Below, piece by piece: positions 29,520 through 38,581 of a stretch of 64,000 nt of DNA. Each line of letters starts with the position of its first letter. Position 1 is the stretch's first letter. The stretch is from an uncultured virus (IMG/VR IMGVR_UViG_3300028903_000005) (lineage: Duplodnaviria > Heunggongvirae > Uroviricota > Caudoviricetes). Location of the stretch: the IMG/VR virus record IMGVR_UViG_3300028903_000005; one strand, written 5' to 3'. A model generated the notes under the pieces. The model did not search any database, was not told the origin of the DNA, and was given only the letters and a program-made list of their open reading frames with translations. Position numbers and translations under genes: made by a program.

Positions 29520-29600
29520 TCATGTTGTATGCTCCATATACTTAAACCTTTTGGTTAGTTTTTTGTTTTCTTCGTTGGCTGTGTGGAAAATGCATTTCAT
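29520..29600 (-). pseudogene. Truncated duplicate of the 5' end of 29065..29256
   Basis: MKCIFHTANEENKKLTKRFKYMEHTT*. The DNA is near-identical to 29180-29256 at an offset of 344 bp. Confidence 0.75.
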
Positions 29601-29601
29601 T

Positions 29602-29808
29602 TTAATCAACCCCCGGTTTGTTTGATCTTGAATAAATATGATAACATGATTTTCCGCTCATATCTTTACCTTTAATAACTCTTACACGAAATCCCCAATG
29701 TCCTTGGTTCTTCAAATTATTTGCATGATATTTTGTAGAATCTTTAGTATATACTGTCATTTCATAATAATAATTTTTCCCATCTCTAATAATTGGATTT
29801 GTTGGCAT
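29602..29808 (-). CDS. Small basic array-family protein
   Basis: IRDGKNY...TKDSTKYHANNLKNQG...VRVIK...YHIYSR. Confidence 0.75.
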   Translation of the reverse strand: MPTNPIIRDGKNYYYEMTVYTKDSTKYHANNLKNQGHWGFRVRVIKGKDMSGKSCYHIYSRSNKPGVD

Positions 29809-30114
29809 ATTATTTCCTCTCCACCATCTTCTTCGTCTCTTTTTCTGCACGCTCTACAACACCCGGCACAAATTTAATTTTTTCTGCTGGGTTATACTTA
29901 ATTACGTCCATCGGATCGAGTTTTTCTAATCCACCGGTTGGGGTTTTCATGATTACTTCCTCGCCTTCCTAACCACAATGTTGGGATGATACCCATCGTG
30001 TTCAACAAGCGATTTCTTCACATCTTTTGTAGTTTCCTTTGTGTTATTTGAATAAAACACGGTGTCGATAATGCGACCTTTAAAATATACGTTAAATGCT
30101 GTGGTCATTTTTAA

Positions 30115-30459
30115 TCATTTCCTCATCATTTTCTTTTTAATCTCTCTCGCTTCATCAGCAATCTCACTGCTCATTCCAGCAAGAAGTTCCACGGCAATTG
30201 CACGCTTGGTTGATGCAGGAACCGCCCCAACTCTCGTTTCATTATACTCTTCAAATGCTCGTTTGAACTTCTTTATTCCGCTTTCTGCGAGATACATAAC
30301 AAGTTTAATGGCTTTGTCTCGTTCGTAAATTCCTTTTGCTTTCTTCTTTGCAAGGTTTTCAACAATTGGACGATACTGTTGACGGTAGAGAGTCCCATCA
30401 CTTTCTACAGAATCAACAATATACTGCGCCAATCCTCCGATACGTGTTCCAGATCTCAT
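30115..30459 (-). CDS. Helical hypothetical protein
   Basis: LYRQQY.PI..NL.KKKAKG.Y...KA motif. Confidence 0.7.
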   Translation of the reverse strand: MRSGTRIGGLAQYIVDSVESDGTLYRQQYRPIVENLAKKKAKGIYERDKAIKLVMYLAESGIKKFKRAFEEYNETRVGAVPASTKRAIAVELLAGMSSEIADEAREIKKKMMRK

Positions 30460-30460
30460 T

Positions 30461-30697
30461 TTAAATCCTCGCTCCTTTCGCCACAAACACACCATACCGA
30501 AGTCTCCCCGCCTCTGGCCCAAGATCGACAACAATAGCAAGTGTCATATTATTCGGGTGCATTCGTCCCGCATATGTTCCCAAATCGCGTGCAGATGCCT
30601 TTGCAGTCTGTACGTTTTCATACGCATCATAAATTGAATATACATGACCACGAAATGCGTAGCGCGTGGTGTCTGGTGATTTTGCTCTGTGGATCAT
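30461..30697 (-). CDS. Small basic array-family protein
   Basis: FRGHVY...TAKASARDL...RYGVFV. Confidence 0.7.
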   Translation of the reverse strand: MIHRAKSPDTTRYAFRGHVYSIYDAYENVQTAKASARDLGTYAGRMHPNNMTLAIVVDLGPEAGRLRYGVFVAKGARI

Positions 30698-30930
30698 TAT
30701 GATTTCCTCTTCGTTCTAATATAAATTCCATATACCGAATTCGCAAGCCCAAGTTTTGTCGCATGAACTATTGCACCATATCCTTCTTTACGAAGTTTCT
30801 TTGCTTGCCCCTCGGCATGTGAATATGATTGATAATCAGCAGCAAAATAAGTATAAATATGACCACGAGAAGTTACTTTTTCTGGATATTTATATAATTT
30901 GCGTGTTTCCTCCGAACCATGAAATACCAT
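30697..30930 (-). CDS. Small basic array-family protein
   Basis: SRGHIY...HAEGQAKKLRKEGY...YGIYIRTK. Confidence 0.75.
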   Translation of the reverse strand: MVFHGSEETRKLYKYPEKVTSRGHIYTYFAADYQSYSHAEGQAKKLRKEGYGAIVHATKLGLANSVYGIYIRTKRKS

Positions 30931-31112
30931 TACCTCTTCTCCCTCCTCTGAATCAACCTATGTGAATATTCCTTTTCATTATCACGATAATCTTTAAGTC
31001 TTGCACGTGCTTCACGGTAATCTTCGGAAGAAATAAGATCTTCCCATCCATAACCATAATTGCCTTGCACTACAAAAAGATATTCGTATTTGTTTTTGCG
31101 TTTTGTTGGCAT
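30930..31112 (-). CDS. Small hypothetical protein
   Basis: VQGNYGYGWED...EARARLKDYRDNE motif. Confidence 0.65.
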   Translation of the reverse strand: MPTKRKNKYEYLFVVQGNYGYGWEDLISSEDYREARARLKDYRDNEKEYSHRLIQRREKR

Positions 31113-31279
31113 GATTAATTATCTCCTATTAGACTTACGGCTACCTTTTACTTTTCTTACTTTGTGTGTTTTCACAATTATATTTCTTTGTGTTTGTCCA
31201 TAAATTGTTTCGCGTATTGATTCTCTTTTGGGATTTAAATAATCGTGATATTTAACAGTTTTGGTTTTTCCCTTTATTG

Positions 31280-31513
31280 TCATACAACCACAATCCTTCC
31301 CCCTCTCGAAGAGGTGGGAACTAATGTAATTTTGTTGTTCTCCAAGTCTTTACGAATTTCCGATTGTCCTACAGATACAGGTACGGGATCTTCGGGATCT
31401 CCAAGAATCTTGCTCTTGTAAGGATAACTACGACCCCCAACACGCCGTCCCTTTGGAACAGTCATTGTGAGATTGCCTTTTGCGCGCGAGTAGCGGCCTA
31501 TTTCGATACTCAT
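31280..31513 (-). CDS. Small hypothetical protein
   Basis: Coupled ORF in the array. Confidence 0.55.
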   Translation of the reverse strand: MSIEIGRYSRAKGNLTMTVPKGRRVGGRSYPYKSKILGDPEDPVPVSVGQSEIRKDLENNKITLVPTSSRGGRIVVV

Positions 31514-31698
31514 TTCTTAATCCTCCACCCGCGATAAACTACGTATTCTTTACCAACTTTCTTTATGAAACTATACCAACCGTTTTTCTTCAAATATTCT
31601 TTTTCATGCGTTGCATCTGCTTTTTTAGAAACAATTGCACCGCGCTGATATTCAATGTTTCCCTTTATAATTTTTAACGGGCCGTAATTTGTGGTCAT
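31510..31698 (-). CDS. Small basic array-family protein
   Basis: KKADATHEKEYLKKNGWYSFIKK...YVVYR. Confidence 0.7.
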   Translation of the reverse strand: MTTNYGPLKIIKGNIEYQRGAIVSKKADATHEKEYLKKNGWYSFIKKVGKEYVVYRGWRIKK

Positions 31699-31702
31699 AT
31701 TT

Positions 31703-31930
31703 TCACCTGTGTTTCTCCACATAAAGCCTTGCAATTGCTCTCATCGTTGCAGGCCAGAGATTTCCGAAGAAATATGTTCCTACTTCATATTCATCCTTCG
31801 GACTCATACCGAGTCTTTTTAAATCGGATTTATATGATTGTTTTGTTGCATATGATAATGAATTCCACCAACCGCTGATGTCGCGCTTGGGAATTCCATA
31901 AAGTTTCTCTGCTGCGTGTGGGCCGGGCAT
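31703..31930 (-). CDS. Small helical hypothetical protein
   Basis: WWNSLS motif; TAATG coupling. Confidence 0.6.
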   Translation of the reverse strand: MPGPHAAEKLYGIPKRDISGWWNSLSYATKQSYKSDLKRLGMSPKDEYEVGTYFFGNLWPATMRAIARLYVEKHR

Positions 31931-32112
31931 TATTTTTTCTCCGCAAAATATGTTGACCAATATCCATTATCATTTTTGATTGCACGAGCAAGAAAACCCC
32001 TTTCACGTAGTTCGTCTGCCTGTTTTGTTGCAATCGTTTTAGAAGTTGTGTGAATTCCAGTTCGGTGATACTTTCGATGATTGATAATTCGTTCCCAAGG
32101 TGGTGATGACAT
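31930..32112 (-). CDS. Small basic array-family protein
   Basis: RIINHRKY...SKTIATKQADELRERGFLARAIK...WSTYF. Confidence 0.75.
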   Translation of the reverse strand: MSSPPWERIINHRKYHRTGIHTTSKTIATKQADELRERGFLARAIKNDNGYWSTYFAEKK

Positions 32113-32300
32113 TACTTCCGCCTCACATAAACATTATAAAACCCAACGCGCTCTTTCTCAATACGCGTGTAGTAACCTTCCGCTTCATACTTCTTCTGCC
32201 AGTTGCGCGCGCTTTTCAAACTGCGAACGGTGTGCTTCTTTCGGAAAAGCATACCGCCAAAGCGTTCTGTTTTTTCATTGAGTCCTGTGTGGTGTTCCAT
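32112..32300 (-). CDS. Small basic array-family protein
   Basis: RFGGMLF...SLKSARNWQKKYEAEGYYTRIEK...YNVYVRRK. Confidence 0.75.
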   Translation of the reverse strand: MEHHTGLNEKTERFGGMLFRKKHTVRSLKSARNWQKKYEAEGYYTRIEKERVGFYNVYVRRK

Positions 32301-32301
32301 G

Positions 32302-32541
32302 TTATTTTACCTCCCTTTCATAAATAGCATATCTTTTCTGTGGGAAACTACGTTTATTTTTATATACTTGTAATACAAATGGGATTTTAATGTAACTAAA
32401 ATTCGAATGAATCTTTTCTAATTTATGAATCATATCATTACAATTGGATAAATTGTCGTAATTATAATGAGTAAAATACCATCTCTTTCCATATCGATTA
32501 ATTTGACCCGGAATTTCTCCAATATCCATATAGTGTTCCAT
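32302..32541 (-). CDS. Small array-family protein (divergent)
   Basis: RYGKRWY...YAIYER. Confidence 0.6.
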   Translation of the reverse strand: MEHYMDIGEIPGQINRYGKRWYFTHYNYDNLSNCNDMIHKLEKIHSNFSYIKIPFVLQVYKNKRSFPQKRYAIYEREVK

Positions 32542-32542
32542 G

Positions 32543-32746
32543 TTATTTCCTCTTATGATATAATATTTCTTTAATTCTTTCCCATTTGATTTCATCAACA
32601 GTGGGTTTTATTCTAACTACTAGCATTCCCCTCTGTTTATCTTTTCGAATGAGATCGTCAACAGTTTCTTTATCAACAGTGTTTCCAATTTTAATCCACT
32701 GTTCATAAATTTTACCATTGATTTTTCTTTTATGTGAAGATTTCAT
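32543..32746 (-). CDS. Small basic array-family protein
   Basis: RKINGKIY...DKETVDDLIRKDKQRGMLVVRIK. Confidence 0.7.
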   Translation of the reverse strand: MKSSHKRKINGKIYEQWIKIGNTVDKETVDDLIRKDKQRGMLVVRIKPTVDEIKWERIKEILYHKRK

Positions 32747-32751
32747 TTTTA

Positions 32752-32949
32752 TCACTTGTTGATCCATATAATATAAAAATGCCCGCCACCGTGACGCTTT
32801 GCAATATTATATTTGGATATTCTTGCAGAATGCCCATGCGCGCGAATAAGTTTTGCTGTACGTTCTGCACCCTCCTTTGTCGGTTCTGTTCCATAACGTT
32901 TATAGTATTTACCATCAAACTTTTTAACTTCCCATGCTCGTTCAGTCAT
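32752..32949 (-). CDS. Small basic array-family protein
   Basis: KKFDGKYY...TKEGAERTAKLIRAHGHSARISK...YIIW. Confidence 0.8.
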   Translation of the reverse strand: MTERAWEVKKFDGKYYKRYGTEPTKEGAERTAKLIRAHGHSARISKYNIAKRHGGGHFYIIWINK

Positions 32950-32951
32950 GA

Positions 32952-33179
32952 TTATTTCCTCCAATAAATCCTATATCCAATAGTAGTCTCTCCGTTCTTT
33001 ACACGAACAATACGAACTTCCTCCCCTCGCGCTCTACGATTCTTTGCAATGTTATCTGCTTCATATTTATTCCCTACGGTGTAGGGATCGATAAATCCAC
33101 GGTGCATTTTGTCGCTTGGTTGAACACGAAGTTCAAACTTCTTTCCGTCAAATACTCGTGATGTTTTAATTGTGGGCAT
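32952..33179 (-). CDS. Small basic array-family protein
   Basis: RVFDGKKF...NKYEADNIAKNRRARGEEVRIVR...GYRIYWRK. Confidence 0.8.
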   Translation of the reverse strand: MPTIKTSRVFDGKKFELRVQPSDKMHRGFIDPYTVGNKYEADNIAKNRRARGEEVRIVRVKNGETTIGYRIYWRK

Positions 33180-33185
33180 TCTTAA

Positions 33186-33386
33186 TCACCTCATCCAAAT
33201 TCTATAAAATACAACCTTTCTTCGTTCTGTTGGGTGGATTTCTTTTGCCTTTGTAATTCTTACTTGCCCACCAGTGCTCATTATTTTACGCTTTACTCTT
33301 TCGGCGACATCTTTTGAAAGAGATCCGCCGTAATACCCGAAGGACTTCCCATCGAATTTCCTTGTGCTGTATTGATTAATTACCAT
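33186..33386 (-). CDS. Small basic array-family protein
   Basis: RKFDGKSF...SKDVAERVKRKIMSTGGQVRITK...YRIWMR. Confidence 0.8.
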   Translation of the reverse strand: MVINQYSTRKFDGKSFGYYGGSLSKDVAERVKRKIMSTGGQVRITKAKEIHPTERRKVVFYRIWMR

Positions 33387-33444
33387 CTTTCCACATCCCT
33401 CAATTTGTCTCATAAAAGAAACAATTTGATAATAAATCTTAAAC

Positions 33445-33470
33445 GCTAATACTATATAAAACTTTCTACA
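33445..33470 (-). promoter_or_regulatory. Archaeal BRE-TATA promoter for the small-gene array
   Basis: Minus strand reads GAAAGTTTTATATAGTA upstream of the first array ORF. Confidence 0.6.
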
Positions 33471-33852
33471 AAAAAGAATAATTAATCATCAAGAATTTCG
33501 ATTGATAATTTACAACGCGATTTATCACTTGGAAGCAATGGAATTCCGGTATGAATATTTCCATGCCAATCTTTTGATTGAAACCCAATTGTTATAATCC
33601 TGCCATCTAGCAATTTAAAATAATAGTAATCTCCGGTTGGATCATCCGGTCCATTGTAATCAATATTGCCTTCAACTTCCAATTTCATATAATAGTATAG
33701 GAGTTGTGAGTATTTAAGGGTTGCTTATTAAAAAAGATATTTTATTTTATATTTTAATTGAGAGTGTGGTGAAAAACATGCCAAAGAACATACCTTGTTT
33801 CTACGGAAACCCTCACCATCAGGATTTTGATGGATCATCGCCGATGTGGATA

Positions 33853-34515
33853 TTAAGTTTTCATTCTCACTTTAAACCCATCAAAGATTTCACTCATTCT
33901 TATATCATACAAGAAATCTTCAAACGGTTTAATATTAACCTCATCGGGAAGCATTGATTTTTCCTTTGCGACATCAAGAAGTCTAAACCACTTTCCGATA
34001 TTCTCATTTGTCACTTCATCTTCGGGAGGTTTGAATTCAATTTTGTGGTTCATCAACATTGTAACACCAAATTGAAGTGTTCGCATGGTTGTTGCTTTGC
34101 TTTTCATTGGATCTTTCACAGTTGCGCGTTTTATAGCATCATTAAGTTGTGAATGTGCCATTCCGTTGATTGATGCATATGATGATTTTGAGATATTGTT
34201 AATAGTGATTTCCCGGAGTTTTACAAGCCACTCGCTGTCCATATGAACAATTGGCGAACAAACATTCCATATTGCATTGACATTGCCTTTCTTAAGCAGA
34301 TTAACAAGATGTCCGATTTCCATATACTGCGCATCAATTTCTTTACCTTCGTAAATATAAGACTTTGCTGCACGTGTCTTTTCAAATGTGCTGCTACGCA
34401 GGTATTCGGAGGATGGTTGTTGGAATACATGGAACAGATCATAATCACTGGAAAGGGTTTCCATCCCCCACATGCGTGAGCCTACTTCGGTGATGAAAAG
34501 GTAGTCGGTGGTCAT
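33853..34515 (-). CDS. Pol-beta-superfamily nucleotidyltransferase (RlaP/YcgL-like)
   Basis: GSRMWGMETLSSDYDL (GS...DxD) and EIGHLVNLLKKGNVN motifs. Confidence 0.8.
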   Translation of the reverse strand: MTTDYLFITEVGSRMWGMETLSSDYDLFHVFQQPSSEYLRSSTFEKTRAAKSYIYEGKEIDAQYMEIGHLVNLLKKGNVNAIWNVCSPIVHMDSEWLVKLREITINNISKSSYASINGMAHSQLNDAIKRATVKDPMKSKATTMRTLQFGVTMLMNHKIEFKPPEDEVTNENIGKWFRLLDVAKEKSMLPDEVNIKPFEDFLYDIRMSEIFDGFKVRMKT

Positions 34516-34517
34516 GA

Positions 34518-34757
34518 TTAATCCATGTTATACGGACTTTTATAAATTTTGTGTTTAACTCCACTACCGTTACAGCATGGACACACAACTTTCAATCCCA
34601 TTTTGAAATTACGTTGAACACCAGATCCTCCACAACATTTACAAGTGTTGTTCTTTGGAATGGGATCTCCGATGTGTCCGATATTGATTTTATTAAATTC
34701 AATCATCCAACCACCAATTTGGCCTCTCGCGCGAATATCCATACCTATACGCTTCAT
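34518..34757 (-). CDS. DnaJ-type CxxCxGxG zinc-finger protein
   Basis: CKCCGGSG and CPCCNGSG. Confidence 0.6.
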   Translation of the reverse strand: MKRIGMDIRARGQIGGWMIEFNKINIGHIGDPIPKNNTCKCCGGSGVQRNFKMGLKVVCPCCNGSGVKHKIYKSPYNMD

Positions 34758-35229
34758 CCCGTGTCACTTCAATCATCACACGGTCGTCATCGCGCCAATA
34801 CTTGTGGTTGTAGTAGTAATAATGTGTGTTGCTGTAGTGGTGTGAGACGATGTTTACGTAGTCAACTTTATAGACAACATTACCATAGGGGTTGTAGGTT
34901 GAAACCACGTGGAACTGCACACGGTCTTCCGGTGAAAGTTCGTCGTAATATGAATACGGGACATCAAAGATCCTGTTATCCTGATAAATATTGACCTGTG
35001 CGAAGCCCGCTGCGCATGTCATACTCGAAATTGTAACTACATTCGTAAGATACGAAGCATCAGGTGTGGATGTAGGTGTTGGAACCGGTGTGACCGTTAC
35101 AACCGTGGTTGTTGGCGTGGTTGCGTTCACATGTCCGTAATTGTATCCTGCATACGCGACAGATGCCGCGAGAAGCAGGATTACAATAATCAAAATTGGG
35201 TTTTCGGTGTTGATGGTCATGTTAATCAC
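34699..35229 (-). CDS. Membrane-anchored protein with T/P linker and beta domain
   Basis: N-terminal TM helix followed by TPVPTPTSTP. Confidence 0.7.
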   Translation of the reverse strand: MINMTINTENPILIIVILLLAASVAYAGYNYGHVNATTPTTTVVTVTPVPTPTSTPDASYLTNVVTISSMTCAAGFAQVNIYQDNRIFDVPYSYYDELSPEDRVQFHVVSTYNPYGNVVYKVDYVNIVSHHYSNTHYYYYNHKYWRDDDRVMIEVTRDEAYRYGYSRERPNWWLDD

Positions 35230-35669
35230 CTGTAATATTCTTCAACCACTGTTTCAATTTCATCTTTAGAAAGTTCTTTTGACGGAATCAATTTCGCTTC
35301 AACCACTGAAAATTTTTCATCCGGTGCATCTTGATATCGGTTTTTACACCACGCGTGCGCGATTTCAGATTTGCCTCCATATTGAATCGTCCTTCCGTCT
35401 TTCATCAGAACGTATATTGTTTGTTCCTTCATCTCTTTTACCACCCCATCTTCTCTTCCTGCTCCGGGTCGTTGGTGTCAATCAGTTCAACCGTAAAATC
35501 AACGGGAACTTCCATATCCGCCATTTTAGCGGCTTCCTCGAAGGAGGTTGCTTTTACTGTCCTTACGCCAATGTAATCAAAGGTGTATTCGTGTAAAACT
35601 TCTTTCTTCACCATTTCTTCTCACCACTTTTACTATACTCCTATACGCGTTATTAGTATATAAACCTTC

Positions 35670-36095
35670 TCACACATCCACATACTTCCCACGTCCCTCA
35701 CCCGTAGGAATATACATTTCTTCCAATTCCGGATAACCACGAATTACGTAAGAATATCCGTTACCACTCTCCACACTCGCGGTATATGTACATCGTTTCA
35801 CCTGTTGACTCCACGCGCCACGGCTTTTGAAATAGAGAATGTCGCCATTGGTCGTAACCACTTTAAGATTTGTTGGATCTACGGATCTTACTGTGTACGT
35901 AATAAATGATGGGGTAATATATTCTTGTACAAACGGCGTGGTCGTAGGTTGAATCGTTGGCGTTTCTACAACTTGAACCACCGATTGTCTTGGAGTTGTA
36001 TAATCAATCGCCGTTCCAACCACACACGCGAGAATAAACCCTGCAATCAAGGTTATTGTGATTAGGTAGGCTGCTCCTATAAGTTCTTGTTTCAT
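35670..36095 (-). CDS. Membrane-anchored protein with T/P linker, same architecture as 34699..35229
   Basis: TM helix, TPTIQPTTTP linker and beta domain. Confidence 0.7.
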   Translation of the reverse strand: MKQELIGAAYLITITLIAGFILACVVGTAIDYTTPRQSVVQVVETPTIQPTTTPFVQEYITPSFITYTVRSVDPTNLKVVTTNGDILYFKSRGAWSQQVKRCTYTASVESGNGYSYVIRGYPELEEMYIPTGEGRGKYVDV

Positions 36096-37049
36096 AAACT
36101 AGAATGGGTTGTTATTGTATTTATTACTTTTCTTCGTAACCGCAAAAACTACACCAATACTTTTCCACAATCCCATTATTCCCCGGGATAAGTATCTTAT
36201 ACATATTCCACCCGCATTCGGGGCAGTATTTTAATTGATCTTCATAATACGCTTTCATTTCTAGCAAGTTTAATAAGTTCCCTATCTAAATCATCCGCCT
36301 CTTCTGCATTTATCCCATCCATTGCATATAGCGCATCTATTTCTTCTACCATACACGAAATAAATTTCGCACATTCCGACCCACCACATTTATAACGTGG
36401 TTGGTGTGGGCATAGTTTGTTAATGTATAAATCTTCGAGTTTCATTCTTCTTCTCCCATAACAATCCTATAATCATTAGCATAAACCCGTCGTGGTTTTT
36501 CATCACCGAATTGCACGATAACTTTTTGGTGATGATTTCCCCTCTGGTTTATTATTCCTTTAACTGTGCCTATTGGGTGAATAATATCGGGGTTACCGGA
36601 ACGATATTGAATACGGTCACCGGGTTTTAGGGTTTGTTCTTCCATTACTGCGTTCTCCGCAAAGATTGTAGAAATCCTATTAATCCAACAAACAGGAGAA
36701 TCAATGTAAGATAACAACAAATATTAAGCCCATATGCAACAAATGTTGAATTACAATCTTCATTAATTTTTATAAATGAAAATGTTACAAATAACTGTAT
36801 TAACATTATTGCATATGAAAAAATCAACCATCCCATAGAATCCCAAATAGAATTTGGTTTCTTAAATGCGTCAATTACCTTCTCATGTGGATACAACGTC
36901 TCACTCATTTTTCTTCCTCCTAGTAACCAACAAATAATTCAACAAATCATCCTGCGCTTCTTCAGAAAGTATCATGCGTTGCCATTGTTCTTTCTTCGAT
37001 TCGATCATAATATCGCCATTATCGTATTTCTGTATATTAAAATATTGGG

Positions 37050-37325
37050 TCATTCAAACACCCCCTCGTTATCCTTCAAAACCTGAAACAACTGCGTTGC
37101 CAAAGTCTGAATTACACGGTGTTTGAGTTTCAATTCATTCTCTTCATTGATAACTTCAATCACTTCATGCAAAAGAGTAGCCAATGCCATGTCGTGTTGG
37201 AGCGTTTCATCCAAGTGAATAACGGCAGATCCGAAAATGATTTTTCCGGAAGCATCAATAACTTTAGAATCGGCGGGAATTATTTTATATCTAACCCCAC
37301 CAATTTTAATATCATCGGGCATCAT
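37050..37325 (-). CDS. Small zincin-like protein
   Basis: TLLHEVIEVI (HExxE variant) with IKIGG.RYKI N-terminus. Confidence 0.6.
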   Translation of the reverse strand: MMPDDIKIGGVRYKIIPADSKVIDASGKIIFGSAVIHLDETLQHDMALATLLHEVIEVINEENELKLKHRVIQTLATQLFQVLKDNEGVFE

Positions 37326-37672
37326 AAAAGTTTTAACCCCTTTGTTATATTATCTATTTTTTCATCTTCGTCCGGTCCAATCGCAATGCAAGTAAGAGTA
37401 TTTGGGGCGATTTGTGTAAGGCCGAAATCCCGAACGGGATTGACTTGCAGCTGATTGAATAACGCCATTTCTCCAATCCGTTTAAGTTCGCGTTCATCAA
37501 CAACTTTTAACACAATTTTCTTTTGTCCTTCGGAAAACCATTGTTCTCCTTCATGTGTTCCATTTGCCATACGATAAGCAATAACAGAAGCGTGGCCAAC
37601 TTGCCCTGCTATTTTACCACAGGACATATCTAAATCTTTACGAACAACGATTGCTAATTTCATAAAAAGCAT
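37322..37672 (-). CDS. pth2: Peptidyl-tRNA hydrolase 2 (archaeal/eukaryotic type)
   Basis: VVRKDLDMSCGKIAGQVGHA, GQKKIVLKV, VRDFGLTQI...T.IAIGP and IDNITKGLKLL motifs. Confidence 0.93.
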   Translation of the reverse strand: MLFMKLAIVVRKDLDMSCGKIAGQVGHASVIAYRMANGTHEGEQWFSEGQKKIVLKVVDERELKRIGEMALFNQLQVNPVRDFGLTQIAPNTLTCIAIGPDEDEKIDNITKGLKLL

Positions 37673-38090
37673 TATAGTATATGCGTTTAAAGTATTTATA
37701 GGTTTGGGATGATTGGTATTACTTTGGGATTATTCTCAAAAAGTTCTTAATAAAGTTTCGATTTGGGAATTTTCACATCAATTCCGGCTTCTCCTTCTTC
37801 ATCCAATCGATGAAATATTTTTGGTCTTCTTCTGTCAAAATAGTAACAAACCCCGGAAGTGTTATTGCAACACAATCTGGGTTTTTTACACATTTATCTA
37901 GGCGGATCATCTCCTCTTCTCCCACTCCGGTGGTGTATAGATCTTTTCAATCCACACACTACAACGGGTTGTTCCAACATTTTTGTAGTTTGGGGAATTA
38001 CAGTTGTTACAAAGTCCATTCCTAGCACGTGCGCCACAGTTGTGGCAGCCGTCTCGTTCATTCATTGTTGTTGTCATTTTAATTCTTCTC

Positions 38091-38330
38091 CTAAAGTTTC
38101 TTTTCTTTAAGCATATCACTCAATTCAATCAACGACACAATATCATTACGAACAAATCCTTCTTTGGTAATGCCACCAATATCATTTGCTTTAATCTCCT
38201 TTCCATCCATCGCAAGAACACGCTTATTATCGGAATCAATTACGTATCCTTCGTCATCAATGCTTTTGTCAAAGCAATAAAGAATTTCCTTTATTGCCTT
38301 TTTATCAAATGTCGATGTAAGGTCGATCAT
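38091..38330 (-). CDS. Hypothetical protein
   Basis: Operonic ORF. Confidence 0.55.
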   Translation of the reverse strand: MIDLTSTFDKKAIKEILYCFDKSIDDEGYVIDSDNKRVLAMDGKEIKANDIGGITKEGFVRNDIVSLIELSDMLKEKKL

Positions 38331-38581
38331 TTCAGCAAATCCTCTTTATGTTTCTTATACCTTGCTTCAAACACTTTCAAATCGTCTTTATGGATTTTGA
38401 TATCATGATAATCACCGGTATCAATATATTTAAATCTCAAACCGATACCGAGATTCGGATCTCCGTGTTTTCCGGTAACATATCTCGAAGCATACTGGCA
38501 TTGCTGACCAAGAACATTTCGTGCAAAATCTCCGAAATTAATATACTCATCATCCATTTCACTTTGTTTTTTCTTTGTCAT
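38327..38581 (-). CDS. Hypothetical protein
   Basis: Operonic ORF with GAGG RBS. Confidence 0.6.
   Translation of the reverse strand: MTKKKQSEMDDEYINFGDFARNVLGQQCQYASRYVTGKHGDPNLGIGLRFKYIDTGDYHDIKIHKDDLKVFEARYKKHKEDLLK

Larger units (their letters stand above)
24450..33413 (-). other. Array of more than 30 tightly packed, co-oriented small basic ORFs (probably two transcription units)
   Basis: ORFs of about 45-115 aa with abutting or overlapping stop and start codons. TATA elements near 33452-33460 and 27950-27960. Confidence 0.85.

Noticed and set aside
24450..33413. Classical integron cassette array
   Set aside because: Genes abut or overlap, leaving no room for attC hairpins, and the recombinase is too short and shows no IntI-specific insertion.
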